A stretch of DNA of 64,000 nucleotides. It comes from Pelagomonas calceolata. Taxonomy: Eukaryota. Positions 22,956 to 31,208 of the stretch are shown piece by piece. The stretch's first letter is position 1. Every line of letters starts with the position of its first letter. The stretch spans positions 1,302,001-1,366,000 of the forward strand of contig CAKKNE010000006.1 in assembly GCA_918797485.1 (NCBI GenBank). The letters are read 5' to 3'. Below the pieces are notes generated by a model, which was not told the origin of the DNA, searched no databases, and was given only the letters and a program-made list of their open reading frames with translations. A program made the translations under genes and the position numbers.

Positions 22956-25900
22956 ATGGCCCAGATCGACCGCGTCACTTTTGGTTTTTACGCCCCCGAC
23001 GAGCTGCGCGAGATTGCCGTCTGCACGATCACCGAGCCGCGGACGTTCGACCAAACGAACGCGCCGACGACGAACGGCCTCTACGATCCGCGCTTGGGAC
23101 CCACAGAAAGGGGCCTGATCTGCCCGACGTGCAATCAAACCGAAAGACACTGCGACGGCCATCTGGGTGTGATTGAGTTACCCGTACCATGCTATAACCC
23201 CCTGCTGTTCCCTACCTTGCACAAACTGCTCCAGATTAGGTGTGGGACGTGCCACCAGCTACGGCTGGATAAGCTGCACACGCGGTGGCACGTAGCTAGG
23301 ATAGCATTGTTGGACGCCGGCCAATTTCAACGAGCAGATCAATTGCTGAGGCCGGGCAAGCCGTCGGCGGACGAGCCCGAGGCCGTCGAGTATCGTAGAA
23401 TAGTGACGGAACGCATCGAGAGCGTCGAGAAGGACATCAAAGACGGGAGACTGACGCCGACGCCCTCGGCCCATGGAAGGGTAGAAAGACAAAAGGCGGC
23501 CAAGGAGTTCTATAGTGCGTGCCGGGCCGTGAAGAAGTGCGACCGCTGCGGCGCTTCCGAAAGAAAGCTGCGACGGGACGGCGCGTCGAAGTTATTTCAA
23601 TTACCGCTCGACGCGAAGCACGTGCAAGACGAGCGACTGCAGGGCATCAAAGCGCCCAGAGCGGTCGGGAGTAGAGACATTTCAGGGGGCGTCTTCGACG
23701 ACTCTTCTTCTGATTCCGACGACGAGCGGCCGCCCATTACTACGGGACGAGCTTTATTTGTTACGCAAGCCGAAGCTCGAGCTCAATTAAAGTTGCTCTG
23801 GAAAAATGACGGCGAGGGCTGCGACGCCTTGTTGGGTTCGATCGTGTGTACTTCACAAAAGAACGACGACAAGGCCGCGGACAAGTTCTTCCTGGACGTG
23901 CTAGGAGTCCCCCCGCCTCGGTTCCGGCCGGCGCAGACCGTGGGCGGCGTCCTCGCGGAGCACCCCCAGAATGTGGTCCTCGGCAAAGTACTGTTGTTAA
24001 GCAAGCAGATCCGCGCCCTGAAGGGCGAAGGCTCTGAAGCGAAGTTATTGGATCTGTGGCTACGGCTGCAGGGCGAGGTAAATAATTACGTCGATAGCTC
24101 GAAGAGTACGAATCGGGACCAGCCGCCAGGTATAAAACAACTACTGGAGAAGAAGGAAGGCTTGTTCCGGAAGCACATGATGGGGAAACGGGTGGACTTC
24201 TGCTGCCGATCGGTCATCAGCCCTGATCCATTCTTAGCGTCCGGAGAAATAGGCATGCCCGTTGTTTTTGCGAGAAAGTTGTCCTACCCGGAACCGGTGA
24301 CGCCCCACAACGTCGACCATTTGAGAAGATTAGTGCAGAACGGGCCGGACCAGTGGCCGGGCGCCAACTGGGTCGAGACGCCAAGAGCTTCCGGTGGGAC
24401 GCAGCGCACCGATTTATCTAGGGTAGCTTCGGCGAAGCGACGCGCGGCCATTGCGCAACAACTACTCACAACACCGGGCCAAAAAGTCGGGCGCCATGTA
24501 CTAGATGGAGATTCCGTCCTCGTCAACAGGCAACCGAGCTTACACAAACCATCGATCATGGCTCATAGAGTCAAGGTCCTCTCCGCCGACTCCCTAAAAC
24601 ACCACCAAACTCTGAGGATGCACTACGCGAACTGCAACGCCTACAACGCCGACTTCGACGGAGATGAAATAAATGTCCACTTCCCGCAGTCGGAGCTCGC
24701 GCGCGCCGAGTGCGAAGTTATTGCCGGGACGCACGAGCAGTACATCGTACCGACCGACGGGAAGCCTCTTAGAGGGTTAATCCAGGACCACATCGACGCG
24801 TCGGTGAAGCTATCGATGGCGGATTGCTTTCTGTCGAGGGACCAGTTCTGCCAGTTGGTTTACGAGAGTGTCCGACCGGTCATAGGACTGGCTTCCTTAG
24901 ATACGTCTACGGTGCAACCCGCTCTCTTGAAACCGGAGGTGCTGTACACGGGTCGACAATTACTGTCCTGCGTCCTCGCCCACGTCACGCGGAAGCACGT
25001 GTCACCGAGGAGGGAACCTCTGCTAAGGCACTTCGAGGGCAAGGCCAAGGTGCAGGCCAAAGCCATCGGTGGGATCCAAGGTTTAGATGAACCTTCGGTG
25101 TTAGTGAGGAAAGGCTTGATACTCAGAGGTGTCTTGGACAAAGCTTCTATTGGTTCATCAGCCAATGGCTTGGTGCATGCCATTTTTGAATTATACGGCG
25201 GGAGAGCCGCGGCGGATTTATTAGATGCTCTTACACGATTACTAACATCATACTTAGCGACGGTGGAAGGTCACACGTGCGGCATCGGCGATTTGGTGCT
25301 GACCGACCAAGCCGAACAAGCACGCAAGGCAATAGTGGAAGAAACCGAACAAGTTGGGATTGAAGCCATGGAGAGCTTTCTTAAAGAAAGGGGCTACAAG
25401 GACTGGGATGCTGCAGGGATATCTCAGACAGAACGAGCGCGAAGAAGACGCGACGCGACCCATAAGGCATTGGGGGAGGACGGCGCGCGGGAAGCGCTAG
25501 ATGCGCACATGATGGGCGCCTTAGCTCCGCAACACAGCAAAATTGTGAAAGCTTGCCTGCCGGACGGCCTGGGCACGCCCTTTCCGAGAAATGCTTTTGC
25601 GCTCATGGTGACCACTGGTGCGAAAGGTTCCGTCGTGAACCAGTCGCAAGTGTGCTGCGCGTTGGGCCAGCAATCCTTGGAGGGGCGGCGCGTGCCGGTG
25701 ATGCCGTCTGGGAGAAGCTTGCCTTGTTTTGACCCGCATGACCCGAGGCCTAGAGCCGGCGGTTTTATTGCCGATAGATTTCTAACAGGAATACGGCCGC
25801 AGGAGTACTACTTCCACTGCATGGCCGGGCGGGAAGGGTTGATCGATACGGCCGTAAAGACGAGTCGAAGCGGTTATCTCCAGAGGTGTCTCGTGAAGCA

Positions 25901-27806
25901 CCTCGAAGGCTTGAGGGTGGCCTACGACCACACCGTTAGAGATGATGAGGGGAGCGTTATTCAATTCTTATATGGTGACGATGGGCTCGATACGACGAAG
26001 ACGCACTTCCTGTCGGGCGCGAAGGAGCTGAGATTCCTCGCCGCGAATCATGTCGATAGTAGGGAGACTACGATCAAGGACGCTATCGGGCGGAGGGACG
26101 TCCTAGAGTTAGCTAAAGACGTGCAAGCGGCGCGCAAGGCTTCTTCCGTCCAAGGCCTCGCGCTACACGCTCGCGTAAGGGCGAGACGGAAGGACGCGCG
26201 CGAGTACTCCGAAGGTAGCGTCGTCAAGGTCCGGTCCGATTCTGTGGACGTGCGCTTCGATAGTGATGGGACCGTGCAGAAGAAGCTGACTGGCGTTGTT
26301 CACGACGACCTTAGTACGCCCGTGAACCAAAGATTCGAGGCCTGGCGACTAGGCGCGGTGTCCGATCGCGTCGAGGCATTACTAAATGAGGTCGACGCCG
26401 AGAAAGGCATGAGGGACGCGGTCTACGACAAGTATGCGAGGTCCTTGGCGGCGCCGGGCGAGGCCGTCGGCGCGCTGGCGGCACAAAGTGTAGGGGAGCC
26501 GTCGACGCAGATGACGCTCAACACCTTCCACCTGGCGGGCCACGGGGCGGGGAATGTGACGTTAGGCATACCTCGGCTGCGAGAGATCATCATGACGGCG
26601 TCCGCTTCCATAAAAACGCCCCAAATTACCATTCCCGTGCTCGATGACGACCGCGCGAAATCGTTGGCGTCGTCGTTGACGCCCGTCCGACTATCCGACG
26701 TCGCGGACCTCACGGAAGGCATCCTCGTCAAGGAAGCACTACTAGTGGACAAGGACCTCATACGGCGGAAGTACACCGCGTCCGTCACATTATTTGGGAC
26801 GGACTTGATTGACGGCCACTTCGGTGCTGGCACGGTCCCGGACGACCCGCGCGTCTTGGCCCATTCCCTGGAGATGCTCGTGCGGCGGGCGGTCATGCGC
26901 GCGACGGCGCCGGCGCGCGCGAAGCAGTCGATCATCGGTTCGGCGCCCGCGCAAGCGCCGAAACCTAAAGCTGTACCGGAGAAGGACTCCTCGGACGACG
27001 ATGATGATGACGACAGCGACGTCGACGACGCCGAGGCCGGCACGCTGAACAGAAAGGCGCGGGAGGTCGCGGGCTACGACGACGACTCGTCCGATTCAGA
27101 CGAGGCGCCGGCGCCGGCGCCCGCACCGGTAGATGAGGACGAAGCACCGAAGAAGCGCGCGGCGCGGGGCGAGCGCAAGCTCGCGGTCGGCGTGTCTGGC
27201 CGCCGCGACGACGAGGACCGGTTGGTCTTTGACATCACGGTCGACTGCGCGGGCGGCGCGCAGCGCGTCCCTCTGGGTAGTTATATCGAAGACGCCCTGG
27301 CAAAAGTCACTGTACGAAGTTGTACAGGGGTATCGCGGGCGACGTTCGTGCCGGGGCGAGGTCTTATCGTCGAGGGCAACGACTTCCATTCAGTGCATGC
27401 CTTCTGCGGTGATTATGGCGACACAGTTGATTTGAACGCCTTGACGGCGAACGACATCTCGGCCATCCTGCACACGTACGGCGTCGAGGCGGCGCGAGCT
27501 ACGATCATCCAGGAAGTGACGGGCGTGTTCGGCGTCTACGGTATCGACATCGAGCCGCACCACTTATCACTGATTGCCGACTTCATGACGGCGGGCGGCG
27601 GCTATAGGGCCATGAACCGCGGCGCGATGATGGACCACAGCAGCCCGTACCTCCAGATGTCCTTCGAGACGACGGCGTCGTTCCTCACTTCTGCAGCACA
27701 ATCGTCGGCCGTCGACACGCTCCAGAGCCCGTCGGCGTCGATCGTCGTGGGCCAGCCGGTCAAGGTCGGTACCAATAGTTTCGACGTCATGGTGCCTCTC
27801 AGTTAA
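22956..27806 (+). CDS. RPA1: DNA-directed RNA polymerase I largest subunit
   Basis: GLYDPRLGP..CPTC...C.GH.G.IELP, KKEGLFRKHMMGKRVDF, NRQPSLHKPSIMAH, catalytic YANCNAYNADFDGDE, GREGLIDTAVKTSRSGYLQR, EPSTQMTLNTFH and the Pol I-type acidic insertion. Confidence 0.96.
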   Translation: MAQIDRVTFGFYAPDELREIAVCTITEPRTFDQTNAPTTNGLYDPRLGPTERGLICPTCNQTERHCDGHLGVIELPVPCYNPLLFPTLHKLLQIRCGTCHQLRLDKLHTRWHVARIALLDAGQFQRADQLLRPGKPSADEPEAVEYRRIVTERIESVEKDIKDGRLTPTPSAHGRVERQKAAKEFYSACRAVKKCDRCGASERKLRRDGASKLFQLPLDAKHVQDERLQGIKAPRAVGSRDISGGVFDDSSSDSDDERPPITTGRALFVTQAEARAQLKLLWKNDGEGCDALLGSIVCTSQKNDDKAADKFFLDVLGVPPPRFRPAQTVGGVLAEHPQNVVLGKVLLLSKQIRALKGEGSEAKLLDLWLRLQGEVNNYVDSSKSTNRDQPPGIKQLLEKKEGLFRKHMMGKRVDFCCRSVISPDPFLASGEIGMPVVFARKLSYPEPVTPHNVDHLRRLVQNGPDQWPGANWVETPRASGGTQRTDLSRVASAKRRAAIAQQLLTTPGQKVGRHVLDGDSVLVNRQPSLHKPSIMAHRVKVLSADSLKHHQTLRMHYANCNAYNADFDGDEINVHFPQSELARAECEVIAGTHEQYIVPTDGKPLRGLIQDHIDASVKLSMADCFLSRDQFCQLVYESVRPVIGLASLDTSTVQPALLKPEVLYTGRQLLSCVLAHVTRKHVSPRREPLLRHFEGKAKVQAKAIGGIQGLDEPSVLVRKGLILRGVLDKASIGSSANGLVHAIFELYGGRAAADLLDALTRLLTSYLATVEGHTCGIGDLVLTDQAEQARKAIVEETEQVGIEAMESFLKERGYKDWDAAGISQTERARRRRDATHKALGEDGAREALDAHMMGALAPQHSKIVKACLPDGLGTPFPRNAFALMVTTGAKGSVVNQSQVCCALGQQSLEGRRVPVMPSGRSLPCFDPHDPRPRAGGFIADRFLTGIRPQEYYFHCMAGREGLIDTAVKTSRSGYLQRCLVKHLEGLRVAYDHTVRDDEGSVIQFLYGDDGLDTTKTHFLSGAKELRFLAANHVDSRETTIKDAIGRRDVLELAKDVQAARKASSVQGLALHARVRARRKDAREYSEGSVVKVRSDSVDVRFDSDGTVQKKLTGVVHDDLSTPVNQRFEAWRLGAVSDRVEALLNEVDAEKGMRDAVYDKYARSLAAPGEAVGALAAQSVGEPSTQMTLNTFHLAGHGAGNVTLGIPRLREIIMTASASIKTPQITIPVLDDDRAKSLASSLTPVRLSDVADLTEGILVKEALLVDKDLIRRKYTASVTLFGTDLIDGHFGAGTVPDDPRVLAHSLEMLVRRAVMRATAPARAKQSIIGSAPAQAPKPKAVPEKDSSDDDDDDDSDVDDAEAGTLNRKAREVAGYDDDSSDSDEAPAPAPAPVDEDEAPKKRAARGERKLAVGVSGRRDDEDRLVFDITVDCAGGAQRVPLGSYIEDALAKVTVRSCTGVSRATFVPGRGLIVEGNDFHSVHAFCGDYGDTVDLNALTANDISAILHTYGVEAARATIIQEVTGVFGVYGIDIEPHHLSLIADFMTAGGGYRAMNRGAMMDHSSPYLQMSFETTASFLTSAAQSSAVDTLQSPSASIVVGQPVKVGTNSFDVMVPLS

Positions 27807-27821
27807 ATTTATCTTTAGGAC

Positions 27822-28742
27822 TTACTCCTTCCATTCCCGCCGTTGCCCGGGCGGCGGAGCGCTCGGCCGCCAGACGTCCTCCTCCTTCGCCTCCGCGCGC
27901 GCGCTCCGCGGCGTGAGCAGCAGCTTCAGGTCCTCGGCCCTAGAGTAGCGGTTGTCGCTGTAGCGCTCTGAATCCAAGGACGGGCGCTTCCGCCAGGCGA
28001 CCTCCCACTCGACAAGTTCGTCCATGTACGCGGGATGAGGACTCGCGATGGGCCGTCTCTCTTTGAGCCATTCCAGCGCCGCGAGGAGGGCCATGCCGGA
28101 TCGTGCGGACGGTGGCCGTCGCGAGTCGCGCGCGCGGCCCGAATCGGGCAAACCGCTCCGCGGGCCGCGTCGCACGAGATAAGCTAACACAGCAGCAGAA
28201 GAGCGAGAAATGCCCGAGTTGCAGTGGACCAGGACCCGGCCCTGCGCCACGCGCGCGCTGTCGATGAAGTCGACGATGCGGTGCAGAGCCGCCCGAAAGT
28301 TCCCACCATCGCCGTTTTTATCAGTACACGAGATGTGGCAATACAACAAATCCTCCTCGAAGAAGTTTTCGGTCTCGACGGCCATGTTCAGGACATGCGT
28401 GATGCGTCTTTTACGTAAAGCCATGAGATCTGAGGCTATGGCCCGGCCGCCAATAAAGATCAGCCGATTCAGCCGCGTACATCCTAATTCCTCGGCGTTC
28501 GCCGCCGACGTCGGTCTAGCGCTATCGAGCGCAGAATTCGGCCGGTCCGCGAAGACGGCTCGGTCGAAGAAGCCGGGGACGATCGGCGCGATGCGCCGGC
28601 GCGCTTCCGACGGCCGTTCCGGAAGAGGCCCCTCGAAGGACGACAGCGACGACGCCTCGGAGTGGTCGTCGTCCTGCATGGAGGTGGACATGGTGTTCGG
28701 CGAGAGCGCGTCGTCGGCGCGCTGCATCGGGTGCTCCAACAT
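27822..28742 (-). CDS. Dual-specificity protein phosphatase
   Basis: IFIGG...ITHVLNMA and the catalytic VLVHCNSGISRSSAAVLAYL (HCxxGxSRS), followed by L..LKERRPIASPH. Start codon uncertain. Confidence 0.85.
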   Translation of the reverse strand: MLEHPMQRADDALSPNTMSTSMQDDDHSEASSLSSFEGPLPERPSEARRRIAPIVPGFFDRAVFADRPNSALDSARPTSAANAEELGCTRLNRLIFIGGRAIASDLMALRKRRITHVLNMAVETENFFEEDLLYCHISCTDKNGDGGNFRAALHRIVDFIDSARVAQGRVLVHCNSGISRSSAAVLAYLVRRGPRSGLPDSGRARDSRRPPSARSGMALLAALEWLKERRPIASPHPAYMDELVEWEVAWRKRPSLDSERYSDNRYSRAEDLKLLLTPRSARAEAKEEDVWRPSAPPPGQRREWKE

Positions 28743-29200
28743 AATTGTGTTGCGGCGGCAGCGGCGGCAGCGGTGGTTTTTGCCGAGTGCCGGGGCAGCG
28801 CCCTTTCGAAGGGGACCGTCGCCTGCTCTGAGACGCAGCTGTGTTGTGCACAAGACGCGCTGTGGCCGCAATTCGTGCACCTGTGAACCGGCGTCGAGGT
28901 TTGCCAGACACTAGAATTTTGTGCCGGCCAGCGCTCCGCCACGCGTCGAAAGACTGTTATGGTTCGGCTGAGACGACTACCGGGGCCAGCGGCGCCGGAG
29001 CCTCTGGCTGGAATGCCAACGCCGTCCTGTCGCGGCACCTCCCGTGCGCCTCGCATTGCCCGCGCCCACGATTGAGGCATTGGTGAAGCAGCCAACGCAC
29101 CGCTGCAGCCCGTGCACGCTGCCCCGACACGCCAGAGCTGCCGCGTGCCGTTAAGCCCGCAGAGCCTGGACGCTGCCCCCGCGCCCGGAGACAAACCACC

Positions 29201-30001
29201 ATGGGCGGCGGCGCGGGAGAGAAGCGCGACTTCGACACGCAGCTGCGGTATCTCTTCGACCCGACGCAGAAGACGGGCGTGACCGAATATACGACGTCGA
29301 CGGAACGGGCGCACGAGGGCGTGGCCATACCTAGAATACCTCGGGTGGACAAGAACGCTAGTGATAAGGAAGCGGTCATCGACTCGACGGGCTTCCCGCC
29401 CTGCTTCACCTCGACGAACACCGCCGAATTTAATCGCGACACGACGACGTTCTCGCGACGATACGTCAAGAGGGAGCCCTGTTTTGATAGGCAATCATCT
29501 TGTGCCACGAACTACAGCTTAGGAGAAGCGCCCTTCGAGACGAAGACGACGAACGACGTCCTGTTTGCGCATCCGCTCACGAAGCCTCGCGTCGACCAGG
29601 GCGAGATCGGGGGCTGGAAACACCCTGACGGGTCCTATAAATTGGAGCAGGAGGCGATCGATAGCATCAAGCGCGGCGGCGGCGGCGGCGCCGGGTGTCT
29701 GGGCATCTCCTTCAACGTGATTACCGGCGAGGAGATCCCCGGCATCCGCGAGGGCAAGCGGGCGATTTACGGGGCGCGGCGGACGCTGAACGTGACGTTC
29801 AGGCCTGTGTGGAAATCAACGTCGCGTCGTTGGCGTGGGGCGCCTGAAATTTTATTTCCACACAGGCAATACCGGGAGCATCCTGGCGATTCGTACAATC
29901 CCGTGACGATGAGAGATGTTCCTGCTACCGCACCACCTCATCAAACCACGGAGATGCTGAAGCGGTCCGAGGACGTTCACCTTCGAACTCGGCCCTGGTA
30001 A
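29201..30001 (+). CDS. Hypothetical protein; probable exons 29201-29796 and 29866-30001
   Basis: ATG-initiated ORF containing an in-frame 69-nt introner intron. Short repeats (TNYSLG..KTT..F, FNVITGE/YNPVT) are weakly reminiscent of ciliary microtubule-inner proteins. Confidence 0.6.
   Translation: MGGGAGEKRDFDTQLRYLFDPTQKTGVTEYTTSTERAHEGVAIPRIPRVDKNASDKEAVIDSTGFPPCFTSTNTAEFNRDTTTFSRRYVKREPCFDRQSSCATNYSLGEAPFETKTTNDVLFAHPLTKPRVDQGEIGGWKHPDGSYKLEQEAIDSIKRGGGGGAGCLGISFNVITGEEIPGIREGKRAIYGARRTLNVTFRPVWKSTSRRWRGAPEILFPHRQYREHPGDSYNPVTMRDVPATAPPHQTTEMLKRSEDVHLRTRPW
29805..29865 (-). mobile_element. Short internally deleted introner element (61 bp; putative intron 29797-29865)
   Basis: TIRs CTGTGTGGAAATCAA / TTTATTTCCACACAG. 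Its reverse complement matches the first ~48 nt of the 17800 element. GT lies 8 nt upstream. No TSD is recognisable. Confidence 0.8.
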
Positions 30002-30039
30002 CACGACACTAGTCTATATTTATAATCGCCTCTAGCGTC

Positions 30040-30188
30040 CGCGCGTCGCCGATTCATCGGCGGCGGGCGCGGGCCGCTTCTTTCATAACAGCGTACCTCC
30101 TTCTAAGCAGAACCGCCTCGGCAACCCCCCCCCCGAACAATGTACAACGTTCGCCCGTAGCCGTCTAGCGGCCTGTAAGACACTAGCA
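30040..30188 (+). repeat. Dispersed intergenic repeat (copy B) ending in CTAGCGGCCTGTAAGACACTAGCA (30165-30188)
   Basis: Aligns with 15688-15869 at both ends; the middle differs. Confidence 0.85.
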
Positions 30189-30370
30189 ATGAGAGCCGCC
30201 ACTGCTCGTACTACGAGCACGATATACGCACGTGATTGCACTTCCATATATTTGCGCTTGAAGCAGCCTCGCTGCGCATTGCTCGGTAGAACTTGTGCTG
30301 CGCACGGGTGCAACTCGTGCGAAGAAAAAAGCTCTCAGAGCCGGGAGGCCTGGGAGTTCATTTGTGCCAA

Positions 30371-31090
30371 ATGTGCAAGATCGCATTGTTAACACTCATA
30401 GCAGCGCACACAAGTGCTCTCGCACCTTCATTTGACGCCTTCTCCGCAGCTGCGACCGGCTCTTGGACCGGCACGCAGTATCAATGGCCAGGCGACGCAA
30501 ATGGCGTCGCGTGCGAAGCCGTCGTCGACGAGGTCATGCGCAGCTGCGGCGGCGCCGTGCAGGGGATACGCGTCGGCGATGGCCCCCTGCTCAACCGACA
30601 GGACGACGGGTTCTGCTTCTTCGACTGCGGCTCGTGGACGCAAGGGCCGACCAAACTCACAGATGGCGTGCTTAACCTCGACGTCGGCCTCGTGGCGCAG
30701 AGCGGCTCGCGCGTGCGCTGCACCGCCTCCGTCAGCGCGGGCAACTTGGTCGACGCGACTGTCGTAGTGGAGGAGCGCGCCGACGCAGTGCGGCCGGCGA
30801 CCGAACGCGGACTCGCGGCCGCGGGCACGCCTTGGCTCGCGCCGCGTCTCAAGTGGACGCGGTCGCCCGAGGCGACGACCCTGCCGGCCGACGCCTTAGC
30901 ACTCCCCGGCGGCGCGTGTATTGCCTGCATTGATAACAACGGCGCGACGGACGTCGTCGTTCACGCGGACGACATTTCCCTGACGCGTTCCTACGACGCG
31001 TCGGGGGCGCTCGTCACGATACGAATCAGCACTGTACCACAAGACGCCGCCGACGCGCCCACGGGCCCACGGAGGGCGAGACTAGACTAA
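30371..31090 (+). CDS. Hypothetical protein, probably plastid/ER-targeted
   Basis: MCKIALLTLIAAHTSA-LAPSF signal-peptide-like start followed by a globular beta-rich sequence (GSWTG, DDGFCFFDCGSWT.GP). Confidence 0.6.
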   Translation: MCKIALLTLIAAHTSALAPSFDAFSAAATGSWTGTQYQWPGDANGVACEAVVDEVMRSCGGAVQGIRVGDGPLLNRQDDGFCFFDCGSWTQGPTKLTDGVLNLDVGLVAQSGSRVRCTASVSAGNLVDATVVVEERADAVRPATERGLAAAGTPWLAPRLKWTRSPEATTLPADALALPGGACIACIDNNGATDVVVHADDISLTRSYDASGALVTIRISTVPQDAADAPTGPRRARLD

Positions 31091-31208
31091 GACTTGTTGT
31101 ATTTTTACTCACCGACTCTGCATTGACTCCGGCTTGTCACGGACCGTACGTGCGGGCTGCATTATAGAGGTAAAATATCATACAGTGTACTCGTCTCACC
31201 ACGCTCCT

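Noticed and set aside
28100..28176. Possible intron in the phosphatase gene (insert after AYL starting GTGCGA)
   Set aside because: No suitable AG acceptor is visible and the frame is open, so it is left as an unexplained in-frame insertion.
28906..28914. Partial motif matches AGACACTAG (28906) and GACACTAG (30005)
   Set aside because: Too short and lacking the GCTAGCG half, so not counted as copies.
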